From positions 1 through 33,675 of the IMG/VR virus record IMGVR_UViG_3300017911_000597: a DNA stretch of 33,675 nucleotides; one strand, given 5' to 3'. Under the pieces are notes generated by a model, which worked only from the letters and a program-made list of their open reading frames with translations, had not been told where the DNA came from and did not search any database. This stretch comes from a virus (Duplodnaviria; Caudoviricetes). Position numbers and translations under genes: made by a program. This document shows positions 8,119 to 16,674 of the stretch, in pieces; the first letter of the stretch is position 1, and the number at the start of each line of letters is the position of its first letter.

Positions 8119-8913
8119 TTAGTTTGCCTCTGTGAATTTGAACGAGAATGGCGGGATACGGATCGTCATCAACTCCCCGTAATCGTAAGTCCACTCGTTG
8201 TTCGCTTGCGCTATTGCATACTGCTCCAGCGCGTATTGTACCGCCGCGTCCCCTTCGTTTAGGGATTCGGCGTCCAATTCGTAAATACCAACTTTGTATG
8301 GTGCATCCTTTCCGACAGCTATAAAGATAAACCGATCCACCTCGTGCCCGTCAAGCTCCATAACTCGACGATAAAAACTTTCTTGGATGTGATACCCAAG
8401 GTTTGCAGCCTGCCTTGCAAAGCCTTCTGGTGATGGGTCTATCGTTGTTTTCAAGTCTAGCAGGCACGCAATGTCTTTGCGCCAGCCGTCAGGCCGTGCG
8501 CGCATTTCAACGCCCGTGGGTGCATCTTTAGTTAGTACGCTTGCCTCACACACAAGGTCACCAGATAGCAACTCAGCGGCTGCGCCGTTGGCTCTGACGG
8601 CTTCTGCTAAGCGGTGCACCTTGTCATATTCTGCAGTGTTTAAGATGATCGCGCCCGCCTCGTCGGCGCTTTCTTTAAACTCGTTGTACTCTTTACCGGC
8701 GCGTCGGCCTCCCCACTCCCAAATTTCGTCTGCCTTGTGCGGCTCAAATGTAAGAGTATGCGCCGCAGAACCGATTAGCATCGCTGTCGTTTCTTTGCGC
8801 TCGCCATATTTAAAGTCGGCCAATGACTGCAGGGCAATCGTCTTTGCGCCTGATGACGATAAGTGTGGCAGCGAGTGATAATCGCTGTTGGACATGTCCA
8901 AGTGTACTGGCAT
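8119..8913 (-). CDS. RecE/exonuclease VIII-like PD-(D/E)XK nuclease (DUF3799-like)
   Basis: YH....LSSS, GSAAH...FEP, RARPD, LLDLKTT and GYHIQ..FY motifs. Confidence 0.88.
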   Translation of the reverse strand: MPVHLDMSNSDYHSLPHLSSSGAKTIALQSLADFKYGERKETTAMLIGSAAHTLTFEPHKADEIWEWGGRRAGKEYNEFKESADEAGAIILNTAEYDKVHRLAEAVRANGAAAELLSGDLVCEASVLTKDAPTGVEMRARPDGWRKDIACLLDLKTTIDPSPEGFARQAANLGYHIQESFYRRVMELDGHEVDRFIFIAVGKDAPYKVGIYELDAESLNEGDAAVQYALEQYAIAQANNEWTYDYGELMTIRIPPFSFKFTEAN

Positions 8914-9359
8914 TACAATTTCCCCCTTCCATAAAGCGCAATCAGCAATGCCTCTGCGCGGTGCTCATCCTTCTTGCGCTTTAGTTGTGACGCAAGGTCC
9001 GGAAACCATTGCTGCGCCAGCCGTCTCGCTGCGTCTTTGTCGCGTGGAAGATTGAGAGATCGTTTCCAAGTGTTGGGCGTGACCTGAGTATATGCAGTCC
9101 GCGACAACGCGCACGTCGTCAATATCTGCCCATAACCAAAGCCTAACTTAAAAGTAGAGCTGACGCCCTGCTTTGGCATAGCTTGCTGCTTCTCAATGAA
9201 TATGTGATCCACTCGATCGACCGAGGTCAATATATCCATAAGAGCCACAACATCGACACCGCCTTCGTCGTATGTTGGTAGGTCATGAACCTCTGCCCAG
9301 TCATCACCGACTAACGCAACGCCGCCTGTGCGGTAACCACAATCAATTCCGATGATCAT
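8913..9359 (-). CDS. RuvC-like Holliday junction resolvase
   Basis: MIIGIDCG..GG, FIEKQ.AMPKQG..STF.LG..YG, V.P..WK, D..AEALLIA. Start at 9359. Confidence 0.85.
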   Translation of the reverse strand: MIIGIDCGYRTGGVALVGDDWAEVHDLPTYDEGGVDVVALMDILTSVDRVDHIFIEKQQAMPKQGVSSTFKLGFGYGQILTTCALSRTAYTQVTPNTWKRSLNLPRDKDAARRLAQQWFPDLASQLKRKKDEHRAEALLIALYGRGKL

Positions 9360-9510
9360 CAGCCACCTCAAAGCCTTGTTTTTCGAGGTATTCTCTGACA
9401 GCGTCTTCAACTATCTTTGACATCGATAGCCTAGTCATGGCGCTGTAATTTTGCAGCGCATGATATACTTGCTCACGAATCCGTGGGCCAATTTGTTTAA
9501 GTTGATACAT
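9343..9510 (-). CDS. ribbon-helix-helix (Arc/CopG-like) transcriptional regulator
   Basis: 55 aa: KQIGPRI strand, helix, then SMSKIVEDAVREYL. GGAGGA RBS at 9515-9520. First gene of the replication operon. Confidence 0.7.
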   Translation of the reverse strand: MYQLKQIGPRIREQVYHALQNYSAMTRLSMSKIVEDAVREYLEKQGFEVADDHRN

Positions 9511-9522
9511 AATATCCTCCAT

Positions 9523-9541
9523 ATTTAACACCGTGTTAACA
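9523..9541. promoter_or_regulatory. tandem TGTTAACA-type operator boxes
   Basis: ATTTAACA (9523) and TGTTAACA (9534), 11-bp period, directly upstream of the RHH gene RBS. Confidence 0.55.
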
Positions 9542-9608
9542 TGAACAGGGATGTGGCGCAATACTTGCTGTTGTGGTAATGTTAGAAAAAATTACAGCGG
9601 TACGGATT

Positions 9609-9839
9609 ATGGAAAAATACGGCATCCTTTTTGCTATTTTTGTGCAGGCGGCAGGCGTCGTTTGGTATGTATCTATGTTGGCCAGTGGTGTTGATGAAAA
9701 CACACGTAATATCGCGCGCCACGAAATTATGATCCAGAAGCTAGAAGATACGACACAAACGCAGGCAATCATGTCTGCGCGTATCGATGAAAACATCCAG
9801 CAAATTCGATTAACGCTGGAAAAAATGGCGGATGATTAA
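9609..9839 (+). CDS. small membrane protein with coiled coil (lysis-cassette, holin/antiholin-like)
   Basis: N-terminal TM segment (GILFAIFVQAAGVVWYV) followed by an amphipathic helix. Confidence 0.55.
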   Translation: MEKYGILFAIFVQAAGVVWYVSMLASGVDENTRNIARHEIMIQKLEDTTQTQAIMSARIDENIQQIRLTLEKMADD

Positions 9840-9980
9840 ATGGACCAAAAAGCAATCGTGTCTGTGCTGTTTGCGGCGGTGGTTGCGCTGATCGGCTGGA
9901 ACATTTCAACGACACACGAGCTGACGCTGCAAGTGCAGAAGTTAGAGGTCATTCTCCTGAATGATGCGTTTGCAAAATGA
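9840..9980 (+). CDS. small single-TM protein
   Basis: MDQKAIVSVLFAAVVALIGWNISTTHELTLQVQKLEVILLNDAFAK abuts the upstream stop and has an ATGA overlap downstream. Not in the ORF track. Confidence 0.6.
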   Translation: MDQKAIVSVLFAAVVALIGWNISTTHELTLQVQKLEVILLNDAFAK

Positions 9981-10417
9981 TCGATCCCCTCACCGCGTTC
10001 GCCGCGATTAAGGGTGGCATTGCGGCGGGGAAGCAAATCCACTCGATGTCCAAGGAGATCGCTGGATTCTTTGACAGCGTCGACGGCGCAAAAAAGGCCC
10101 ACGAGAAAAAGAAGAACAGCTTGTTCGCGTCATCCAACGAGGAGGCGATGGATACGTGGATGCAAAAACAACAAGCCATCGATGCCGAGGCGCAACTCCG
10201 TGAGTTGATTGTCAACACGCGCGGCTTCTCAGCTTATCAGGACTTGCTAAAGCTGCGGCGTGAGATAGCCAAGGAGCGCAAAGAGCGTGAGCGCAGAGAG
10301 GCAAGAGAGCGCGAAGAACAACAAGAGTTGGTTGCGATCATAATGGTCGTGCTTACGATTATGATAGCGATTGTCGGCTTAGTCTACTGGGCGCTCGATT
10401 ACAGGGGGGTCATATGA
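9977..10417 (+). CDS. hypothetical coiled-coil protein with C-terminal TM
   Basis: MIDPLTAFAA start, charged helix, hydrophobic C-terminus. Confidence 0.7.
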   Translation: MIDPLTAFAAIKGGIAAGKQIHSMSKEIAGFFDSVDGAKKAHEKKKNSLFASSNEEAMDTWMQKQQAIDAEAQLRELIVNTRGFSAYQDLLKLRREIAKERKERERREAREREEQQELVAIIMVVLTIMIAIVGLVYWALDYRGVI

Positions 10418-10581
10418 TCTATGTGCTTTTGTTTGTTGCCCTATCTGGCGATGGTTTGGACTTTTACCAGATTGGCGGAACGTATCCCAACAGAGTAGAG
10501 TGCGACAAAGAGCGCATGAAAGCATCTGCCTTACTGCGCAATGGTACGGGGTTGTATTGCGTTGAAGTTAGTCGAGGTTAG
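10414..10581 (+). CDS. small exported protein with two Cys
   Basis: MIYVLLFVALSGDGLDFYQIGGTYPNRVEC...LYCVEVSRG with ATGA overlap. Not in the ORF track. Confidence 0.6.
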   Translation: MIYVLLFVALSGDGLDFYQIGGTYPNRVECDKERMKASALLRNGTGLYCVEVSRG

Positions 10582-10684
10582 CCACGGGCGGTGGGGAGTT
10601 TTGACCGCTGACAATAAATTGCTTATAATTACCACCATCAGAGAAATAGCGTTAAAGGTGCTACATGAACGAACTGATACCTGA
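10562..10684 (+). CDS. small hypothetical protein
   Basis: TTG-start ORF MKLVEVSHGRWGVLTADNKLLIITTIREIALKVLHERTDT fills the gap between neighbours. Confidence 0.4.
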   Translation: MKLVEVSHGRWGVLTADNKLLIITTIREIALKVLHERTDT

Positions 10685-10874
10685 TAAAGAGACTTACCAG
10701 ACTAATAAGCGCCGCATGGCATGGTCCGCATTGGGGATGATGATTATATCCACGTTCGCTGTTATCATTGACCCAGTGCGTATGAACGAAGCTAGTGCGG
10801 TTTTAATGATGATGTATGGATCGTTGTCAGCTTTGGTTGCTGCCTACTTTTCACTATCCGGAGCTAAGAAATGA
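10665..10874 (+). CDS. putative holin (two TM helices)
   Basis: 69 aa, two hydrophobic segments, basic C-terminus, directly upstream of the endolysin. Confidence 0.6.
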   Translation: MNELIPDKETYQTNKRRMAWSALGMMIISTFAVIIDPVRMNEASAVLMMMYGSLSALVAAYFSLSGAKK

Positions 10875-11305
10875 GACATATTGACGAAATAATCGTGCAC
10901 TGCACGGCGACAAACAGGAACTGGTTCATCGATCGGGATGCGCATGAAGTGGTAGAAGAGGTTCGCCGCTGGCATAAAACTGAGAGAGGGTGGTCAGATA
11001 TCGGATATCATTTCGTGATCCACCGCAGTGGACAGATTGCCGCAGGCCGTCCGATCACACGCAATGGCGCGCATACTCGTGGCCATAATAAGGGCACGAT
11101 CGGGATCGCACTTGTGGGCGGTCGCGGGGGTGCAGCCGATGACGACTTTCTAGATAACTTTACGCCAGAGCAACACCGCGAATTGCACGCGCTAATCGAT
11201 AGCCTTAAAGAAGAGTTCCCGACAATTAGCACCGTGTCAGGTCACAACGATTACGCCTCCAAGGCGTGCCCATGTTTTGACGTAGGGCAATGGCTAAGCG
11301 AGTAA
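10871..11305 (+). CDS. endolysin, N-acetylmuramoyl-L-alanine amidase (Amidase_2, T7 lysozyme-like)
   Basis: IIVHCTAT, GWSDIGYHFVI, GAHTRGHN, GHND, KACP Zn-ligand motifs. Confidence 0.93.
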   Translation: MRHIDEIIVHCTATNRNWFIDRDAHEVVEEVRRWHKTERGWSDIGYHFVIHRSGQIAAGRPITRNGAHTRGHNKGTIGIALVGGRGGAADDDFLDNFTPEQHRELHALIDSLKEEFPTISTVSGHNDYASKACPCFDVGQWLSE

Positions 11306-11685
11306 TCATCATATGCCTGCCACTCTTACTTGGGGGCTGCTTGGGGTTGCCATCTTTCTTGGCGCCATCTGGTGGGGTGAGCGTGACACCGATTGGTACA
11401 AACATCGCCCGCGAGGTGGAACAAACAGCCGTGAAGCAAGAGACGACGACTTCCGCTGGGCGGGACGTAGTCCAGACGGAGACGATCAAGGAGGTTGAGT
11501 TGGGGCCAGCCGAGACGGTAACGGTAAACAATCAGGACACGCCAATGTGGTTAATCTTGGTTGCGTTACTGGGCTGGTTACTGCCTACGCCTAGCCAAAT
11601 GGGAATTGCTATCTGGAATGCAATTTTAGTGTTGACCGCGCCGCTCACTAAATTAAAAAGACGCAGCGGAGAGCAAACCAATTAG
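11290..11685 (+). CDS. probable unimolecular spanin
   Basis: Lipoprotein signal (LLLGG-C), beta-rich periplasmic part, C-terminal TM (MWLILVALLGWLLPTP), follows the endolysin. Confidence 0.7.
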   Translation: MAKRVIIICLPLLLGGCLGLPSFLAPSGGVSVTPIGTNIAREVEQTAVKQETTTSAGRDVVQTETIKEVELGPAETVTVNNQDTPMWLILVALLGWLLPTPSQMGIAIWNAILVLTAPLTKLKRRSGEQTN

Positions 11686-11735
11686 CCGCGTCCACACCAC
11701 GGGCGGTTTTGTTGGTCCCCAGTATAGCCCGACAC

Positions 11736-12107
11736 TTACTGGCTCTCCGCACGACCTTCCTCATCATGTAGCACGCGGTGGCAATTTGCACAGAGCACGA
11801 TGCATCTCTCCAATGCTTCTTTCTGTGCTGCGCCAAATCGTCCGTTACGAACTAAGTCTGTGACCCTCTGATTGTCTGGACTTTTTATGACGTGGTGGAA
11901 GTCTATCGCCGCCGGATGCGAGTATCCGCACTTGACGCATGATAAAGTGGCTTTCCATTCACGGTACTCTTTCCGCTTGTTCTTGCGGTAGCTGTTGATT
12001 CTGTCTTGGATTTTCCTCTTATTCTTCTGGTAATACTTTTTGCGGTACTCGCGATTATAAGCGCGCTGGCGCTCCTTGTCTGCGTAAGGGATGGCTACGT
12101 CCTCCAT
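11736..12107 (-). CDS. HNH endonuclease with zinc-binding cysteines
   Basis: CVKCG...IDFHHV...CIVLCANCHRVLH with a basic helical N-terminus. Confidence 0.8.
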   Translation of the reverse strand: MEDVAIPYADKERQRAYNREYRKKYYQKNKRKIQDRINSYRKNKRKEYREWKATLSCVKCGYSHPAAIDFHHVIKSPDNQRVTDLVRNGRFGAAQKEALERCIVLCANCHRVLHDEEGRAESQ

Positions 12108-12132
12108 AAAAAAAGGCCCCCGTAGGGACCTT
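12108..12132 (-). terminator. intrinsic terminator
   Basis: Minus strand AAGGTCCC-TACG-GGGGCC-TTTTTTT. Confidence 0.7.
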
Positions 12133-12135
12133 ATA

Positions 12136-12429
12136 TCATATTTTATGTTTAGACCGAAACTCGTATAACCGCTGCCGCGTTATATCCAACCTTCGCGCAA
12201 TCTGGTCGTTGCTGTATCCCTTTGCAGCCATCTCTACGACGATCTGATAGTGACGTTCGTTGCGCTTGCGCCCGCCCTTCTGACCGGCTGCGCGCTGCGC
12301 GTTGGTCATGTTTACTTTTTTCTGCAGTATCTTGTTCTCAATCGCACATAATGCGCGAATGTGGTGCAGGCACTTGAACCAGCGTTCCTCTGTGGGCACC
12401 ATATTTTTTGGCCAAACAAAGTCCATCAC
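12136..12429 (-). CDS. helix-turn-helix DNA-binding protein
   Basis: C-terminal GYSNDQIARRLDITRQRLY HTH, preceded by AGQKGGRKR. Confidence 0.7.
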   Translation of the reverse strand: MMDFVWPKNMVPTEERWFKCLHHIRALCAIENKILQKKVNMTNAQRAAGQKGGRKRNERHYQIVVEMAAKGYSNDQIARRLDITRQRLYEFRSKHKI

Positions 12430-12521
12430 ATACCCCCAAAAAACATTAATTCGATAAAGCGCGCTCCCACGACGCCTGTGAGGCCGAATAGAACGGCGAT
12501 AAGTAGATCAGACTTTAACAT
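12426..12521 (-). CDS. small hydrophobic peptide
   Basis: MLKSDLLIAVLFGLTGVVGARFIELMFFGGM overlaps both neighbours. Confidence 0.4.
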   Translation of the reverse strand: MLKSDLLIAVLFGLTGVVGARFIELMFFGGM

Positions 12522-12750
12522 CTATACCCAACACTTTCTGCACCTCACGTAGCTCTGCGCGGTCGTCTGATAGCAACGCCATCTCGATGCCAATGTCTGC
12601 GCTGATGCTGCCACTGCGCACACCTTTGATATCGTTAAGGCGTTCAATCTTAATCAAGCGCTTTTTGATGCGATCAACCAGTTGTTCTTTGCGCTCTTCT
12701 AATGTGATTACATATTCACCTGTTGTTATGTCATATGTCAAAACGGACAC
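12508..12750 (-). CDS. hypothetical protein
   Basis: 80-aa ORF in a tightly packed early-type cluster. Confidence 0.55.
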   Translation of the reverse strand: MSVLTYDITTGEYVITLEERKEQLVDRIKKRLIKIERLNDIKGVRSGSISADIGIEMALLSDDRAELREVQKVLGIDVKV

Positions 12751-12839
12751 TCCTCTTCTGGGTTAGTGGGGCGCCACACAACATCTACGTTGTGCAGCGC
12801 TTTGATGAAGTCGACTAAGTTATGAGGCCACATGATCAT
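12738..12839 (-). CDS. small hypothetical protein
   Basis: MIMWPHNLVDFIKALHNVDVVWRPTNPEEECPF with ATGA overlap to the upstream gene. Confidence 0.45.
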   Translation of the reverse strand: MIMWPHNLVDFIKALHNVDVVWRPTNPEEECPF

Positions 12840-13147
12840 GCGTATCGTGCGAAAAACTCATCTTCGGTGATGCTGTTAGCGAAAGGCATCACCACCTTAA
12901 CATTGCGACCCTCAAGGGCTTTCAAGATGCGGCGCAAACGCTTAATCCCAGTTTCGTTCTTGGCATTTTTAGCTGTAGGTGTGCATGTGATGGTCATCTT
13001 TGGGTGAGCGCGGACACTCTTTGGCAAGCTGTTAATATCAAAGTCTTCTGCAAAATAAATTTCTGCAGCTACATATTCGACGTGAGTATCTTCTGACGGC
13101 CCGACGTAAGCGATTAGGGTAGTGTTAGTGTTGTCTCCAAAAATCAT
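12836..13147 (-). CDS. hypothetical protein (first gene of an early-type cluster)
   Basis: AGGAGGT RBS upstream of the ATG at 13147. Confidence 0.7.
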   Translation of the reverse strand: MIFGDNTNTTLIAYVGPSEDTHVEYVAAEIYFAEDFDINSLPKSVRAHPKMTITCTPTAKNAKNETGIKRLRRILKALEGRNVKVVMPFANSITEDEFFARYA

Positions 13148-13179
13148 TTTTACCTCCTGTGATTCTCTGTACATCATCT

Positions 13180-13198
13180 TGTTAACACACTGTTAACA
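13180..13198. promoter_or_regulatory. tandem TGTTAACA operator boxes
   Basis: Two perfect TGTTAACA palindromes at 13180 and 13191 (11-bp period) in the promoter region. Confidence 0.65.
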
Positions 13199-13205
13199 CC
13201 TATGC

Positions 13206-13237
13206 AAGAAAAAAAGCCCCACGCCGAAGCGCAGGGC
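13206..13237 (-). terminator. intrinsic terminator closing the virion operon
   Basis: Minus strand GCCCTGCGC-TTCG-GCGTGGGGC-TTTTTTTCTT. Confidence 0.75.
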
Positions 13238-13359
13238 CAGTACAGAGAGAGGTGAATGCTTGGACATGGGTTGGGCATTCACGAAAACCCTACATAATTG
13301 GCGTTTGCTTTACAATACCTTGGCGTGTAAAAGTTAACTACATATTAACGGAGGATACC

Positions 13360-13533
13360 ATGACACCCGTACAAGAAGAGCTGGTGAAGAACCTAAAATT
13401 GCCACAGCGTTTCAACAATCCTTACGCACTGCACAAGGCTTGCGTCGACGCGGCAAACTTAATTGAACAGTTGGCGGCTGAGCTGGAAAAGGCGAATAAG
13501 CCGGCGCCAAAAAAGCGCACGACTAAGTCTTAA
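13360..13533 (+). CDS. small hypothetical protein with basic tail
   Basis: GGAGGA RBS before ATG 13360, 57 aa. Confidence 0.65.
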   Translation: MTPVQEELVKNLKLPQRFNNPYALHKACVDAANLIEQLAAELEKANKPAPKKRTTKS

Positions 13534-15479
13534 TACTCGTCAGTGCGCAGCCCGATCGCCGCGCCAAGGATGCCGCCATACAACTCAGGCCGTAATCCAA
13601 TCCGCTGACGTAGCATCTGATCCTGCACCTGACGACCTGTCAAACGCTGCATCGCACGTTGCTGTGCCTGCGGCGTTCTGGCAAATAACATCTCTGACAT
13701 TTGCTCTGCGACCGGTGCGCCGATACCCTGAGCACGCGTGCCTAGTGCACCTACCGCCTGACGCATCGCCTCACCGCGTCCGCCGGCAATGATCTGCATC
13801 ATTGAAAGTGGATCGACGCCCTGCTCTGACATCTCTTGGATGTTGCGCTGCGTATCTGATCCGCCAAGAACACGACGCTGCGTGCGCTGGATGGCTGCCT
13901 CTGCGCGCATGTACTCTTCGAACTGATCGAAAGATGCCTCATCTGGGAACGCCTTACGCAGCGCCTCACGACGCTTTGGCGATCCAAACAAACGCTGCAC
14001 GTAATCAGTACGATCTGATCCAGACGCAATATTGCGTATCTTTGTGATCATGCCGACTTTCATCGCTTCGACTTCGTCTGGTTTCATCTTCGCAATTTTG
14101 CGTGCAAACTCTTGCTCGCTCAAACGCTCGAAGCTGTCGCCCACGTCAAATGCGCGGCGCATGTCAGAGTAGTCTGCAAATTGTGCGTCGGCCTTTGCGA
14201 ACGCTTCGTTCAGTTTGCCAATCTCATCTTTGAACTGGTTACGCACTGTAAGTACGTCGCGCGCTGTATCGTTCAGCTTGCCAGTGACTGTGTCAGTGTT
14301 CGAGTTTATGACGCGATCCAGACCCTGCGCAATCTTCTGCAAGTAGGATGTTGGCACCGTATCGTTGGCCAGCGTTGTCGCCAAATCTTCAAGCGGCTCT
14401 TCGCCAAGTGTATCCGCGCGGCTCTGGACAGCTTTGAACGCGTCCTTAAATACCTTACGCTCTGCAAATTTGCGGAACGGCGCCGCTGAAATATCGACAT
14501 CAGCCGCATCATATAGCGGCTTAAACTTGGCCGCTTGGTTGTCGTATAGCTCTTCCAAGAAGTCCAAGCCGTAGGCGCCTGTCGCGTCCATCTTCTCAGC
14601 GGTGACGTCTGCGATGCGTCCGCCTTGCTCAACGCTGCGCTCCATCATGGATTCAAGTACACCCGTGCGCGTCGCTGATGGCACCGCCTGCGCCGCATAT
14701 GCGGCCCCACGAGTGGCTTCGCCAATGTCGGCCATCATCATAGGTGCGCCCGCTGCCTGAGCTCTCTGAGTAGTCTCCAGAGCTTGCTGCGGCGTTAATC
14801 CTTCGCGCTCTAGCGCTTTACCAACGCGGCGTTCCGCCATAGCCGCTGCGCGCGCTGGGCTAGATAAGCCGGCTGCGTCTAGCGCGCGCATACCAATATC
14901 GGCAGCACCACCAACTACCGCAGGAGCCGCTGCGCCTAACGCACCGCCTGCAGCGCCGCCCAGAGCTGCGCTTTCTAATCGATTAGCAAGTCCACCTTCG
15001 CCAGAGCCAAACCCTGCCACAGCGCCCTCTGCAGCGCCTGCCTTGGCACCCTGTAGCGCAGCACGTCCGATGCCGCCAGCCTTAGCGCCCGCCAACACTC
15101 CGCGCGCAACAAGGCCCGCTGGAACAAGTGATGGTAAAATCGCGCCGCCGACCTCAAGGGCAGTGGCTCGAGCTGGATTAGCGCGGGCATACGATTTGAT
15201 GTCGCCGCGTATCTCTTCAAGTAGCGCGTCACGGTCCTTGCCAGTGAATGTTGACCTTACGTAAGCCTCGGCTTCGTCACCAAAACCTAATAAAACACCC
15301 TGAGCCAACGTGCGAAGTGCGCCGTAATCTGTGGCCTTTGACGTTTTAGCTTTCTTTGCAGGTTTTGACTTTTCCGACTGCATCCGCTGAACTTCCTGTA
15401 GGAGTGCGCGTGCATCATCTTCGTTTCCTGCGGCGTCCGCTGCCTCTGCGGCTTTAATTAAGGCTTCAATGGTTGCCAT
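13530..15479 (-). CDS. internal virion / DNA ejection protein (large)
   Basis: Helical, Ala/Gly-rich membrane-like segment (QG..LGFGDE..A, GAAEGAVAGFG). Last gene of the podovirus virion operon. Confidence 0.7.
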   Translation of the reverse strand: MATIEALIKAAEAADAAGNEDDARALLQEVQRMQSEKSKPAKKAKTSKATDYGALRTLAQGVLLGFGDEAEAYVRSTFTGKDRDALLEEIRGDIKSYARANPARATALEVGGAILPSLVPAGLVARGVLAGAKAGGIGRAALQGAKAGAAEGAVAGFGSGEGGLANRLESAALGGAAGGALGAAAPAVVGGAADIGMRALDAAGLSSPARAAAMAERRVGKALEREGLTPQQALETTQRAQAAGAPMMMADIGEATRGAAYAAQAVPSATRTGVLESMMERSVEQGGRIADVTAEKMDATGAYGLDFLEELYDNQAAKFKPLYDAADVDISAAPFRKFAERKVFKDAFKAVQSRADTLGEEPLEDLATTLANDTVPTSYLQKIAQGLDRVINSNTDTVTGKLNDTARDVLTVRNQFKDEIGKLNEAFAKADAQFADYSDMRRAFDVGDSFERLSEQEFARKIAKMKPDEVEAMKVGMITKIRNIASGSDRTDYVQRLFGSPKRREALRKAFPDEASFDQFEEYMRAEAAIQRTQRRVLGGSDTQRNIQEMSEQGVDPLSMMQIIAGGRGEAMRQAVGALGTRAQGIGAPVAEQMSEMLFARTPQAQQRAMQRLTGRQVQDQMLRQRIGLRPELYGGILGAAIGLRTDEY

Positions 15480-15480
15480 A

Positions 15481-16674
15481 TTAACTATCCAAGTTGTACT
15501 TTTTCAGTAGCCGGTTGACGCGGTCCTCTGGCGCAAGCTCGCTTTCAAGGGCGTTGATTGTTTCACCTAGCTTACCATAAAGCGTGAGAATATTTTCAGC
15601 CGTTTGAACTGGCATATCGACTGGGTCAATAACTCCGCTTAATTGGCCAAGCAAGCGAATATCGCTGTCAGATAAGATGCCGAGCTTTGCACCAGCGGCG
15701 ATTACTTCCGCCATGTTTTGGAACGTCATAATTGCGCCAAGCTGATTTGCAGCGGCTTGGAATTCTTTAAAACGACGACTGTCTGGTATGAACCCTTGTC
15801 GCGTTAAGAAGAAGCTACTCGGGTCAAGCTCTGCATCGCCAGACATTAAAGCATTTAATTGTGCGTCTAGCTCATCACCCTCCAAGCCCAATGATGCACC
15901 TAACGCATCACGCGCCGCGCCCATCGCGGTTTTAGCTTCCATCAACTTACCTTGGGAAACAGTGCGCTTTTCAGTTGCCGCAGTCTCTTTTGCACGCGCA
16001 TCTTCAAGCTGGGTGCGTAGAAGTTCCATATTAGTGTTAAATGCATCAAGCTGGTCGAGCCCAGCATAAACGCCTAATTGACTTGTGAGCTGCGCTATCT
16101 TTTGCTCAATTTCCGCCGCACTCATATCGCTAGAGACGCCGGAGCTTGAAGGCGTTCCCGTCGGCATCATCGGTGCGCCAGTAAGTAACGTCATTAATTG
16201 CTCGCGGCGCGCCATTTCAGAATCTAACTCAATTTGAGCCTGCCGCTCTTTACGTTTTTGGTCTGCACGTTTTGTAAAATCGCCAAGTACAGTTGCGACT
16301 TTTGTACCTTCTCTACCTTGCAAAGCTGCGCCAGCATCTGCAATCGCGGCAAACGCAAGCATACGCTTTTGTGTCTTTGTAAGTGCGCCGTATGGGTCCG
16401 ATTCCTCATCCGCTGCAGCCGCCATGGGTTTAGTCGCCGCCGCAACTACAGGCGCGACTGGGGCTGGCGCTTTTGTTCCAATAACTTGCTGGTCCAGAGG
16501 TGCATCAGGAGGTAAAATTTCATCTGGGTTATATGGCAAATCTACATCGTCGTCGGTAATCCCGTAAGGCGTCGGCCTACCGCGAAATGATGGCCCCACT
16601 GTGGGTGTCATTGCGGGCGTTAACGGCCCCTGCACTTTTTCTATGGCACGACGGAATGAATCATACGATGACAT
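15481..16674 (-). CDS. internal virion / ejection protein (middle)
   Basis: Helical, C-terminal G.LSDSDIRLL motif, positioned between ejection genes. GGAGA RBS supports the start at 16674. Confidence 0.6.
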   Translation of the reverse strand: MSSYDSFRRAIEKVQGPLTPAMTPTVGPSFRGRPTPYGITDDDVDLPYNPDEILPPDAPLDQQVIGTKAPAPVAPVVAAATKPMAAAADEESDPYGALTKTQKRMLAFAAIADAGAALQGREGTKVATVLGDFTKRADQKRKERQAQIELDSEMARREQLMTLLTGAPMMPTGTPSSSGVSSDMSAAEIEQKIAQLTSQLGVYAGLDQLDAFNTNMELLRTQLEDARAKETAATEKRTVSQGKLMEAKTAMGAARDALGASLGLEGDELDAQLNALMSGDAELDPSSFFLTRQGFIPDSRRFKEFQAAANQLGAIMTFQNMAEVIAAGAKLGILSDSDIRLLGQLSGVIDPVDMPVQTAENILTLYGKLGETINALESELAPEDRVNRLLKKYNLDS

